The notes below the pieces were generated by a model. The model had not been told where the DNA came from and searched no databases. It was given only the letters and a program-made list of their open reading frames with translations. DNA of 64,000 nucleotides from Mobula hypostoma. Taxonomy: Eukaryota. Shown in pieces: positions 63,566-64,000 of the stretch (positions are counted from its first letter, which is position 1; every line of letters begins with the position of its first letter). The stretch covers positions 83,020,001 through 83,084,000 of the forward strand of contig NC_086097.1 in NCBI RefSeq assembly GCF_963921235.1, written 5' to 3'. The translations under genes were made by a program, and so were the position numbers.

Positions 63566-64000
63566 TAGAACATAGAACATAGAAATCTACAACACATTAA
63601 AGGCCCTGCGGCCCACAATGTTGTGATGACCATGTAACCTACTCTAGAAAATGCCTAGAATTTCCTTACCACATAGCCCTTTACTTTTCTAAGCTCCATG
63701 TACCTATCTAAGAGTCTCTAAAAAGACCCTATTGTATCCACCTCTACCACCATCACTGGAAGTGCATTCTATGCACCCACCACTCTCTGTGTGAAAAACT
63801 TACCTCTGACATCCCCCTTGTACCTTCTTCCAAGCACCTTAAAAGTATGCCCCCTCATGTTAGCCATTTCAGCCCTGGGAAAAAGCCTCTGACTATCCAC
63901 ATGATCAATGCTTCTCGGCATCTTATGCACCTCTATCAGGTCGCCTCTCATCCTCTGTCACTCCAAGGAAAAAAGGCCAAGTTTACTCAATCTATTCTCA
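63566..64000 (-). mobile_element. CR1 3' end, cut by window edge
   Basis: MRGDLIEVHK...FFTQRVVGA; (TTCTATG)n tail; similar to 56535-56950. Confidence 0.9.

Overview
Non-coding, repeat-dense vertebrate genomic DNA. The repeat repertoire (CR1 and Rex1/Babar LINEs, V-SINE/HE1-like and Deu-type SINEs, Penelope-like elements) suggests a cartilaginous fish, probably a ray; this is inference. No host protein-coding exon could be supported. Main contents: (1) a full-length Gmr1-type Gypsy LTR element (13772-20331, minus strand) with a 4-bp TSD, tRNA-Pro PBS, PPT, SCAN-containing Gag, an integrase-core deletion and a related solo LTR nested in its 3' LTR; (2) a decayed Hero/R2-like retrotransposon with a restriction-like endonuclease (~45440-54402, minus), carrying a nearly full-length CR1 and a Penelope-like fragment whose RT is fused in frame to the host RT; (3) minimal hammerhead-ribozyme motifs in Penelope-derived sequence, including a ~240-bp palindromic double-hammerhead mini-element with its own TSD (21165-21407); (4) a ~2-kb Nimb/I-like element with ORF1 and a decayed coiled-coil cargo in place of RT (42899-44890); (5) a composite TIR element with three TIRs and an apparent 6-bp TSD (61739-62232); (6) many truncated, nested LINE/SINE fragments and a few repeat-free islands that look like candidate conserved non-coding elements. 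Boundaries of decayed fragments are approximate, and family names come from motif recognition, not database searches.
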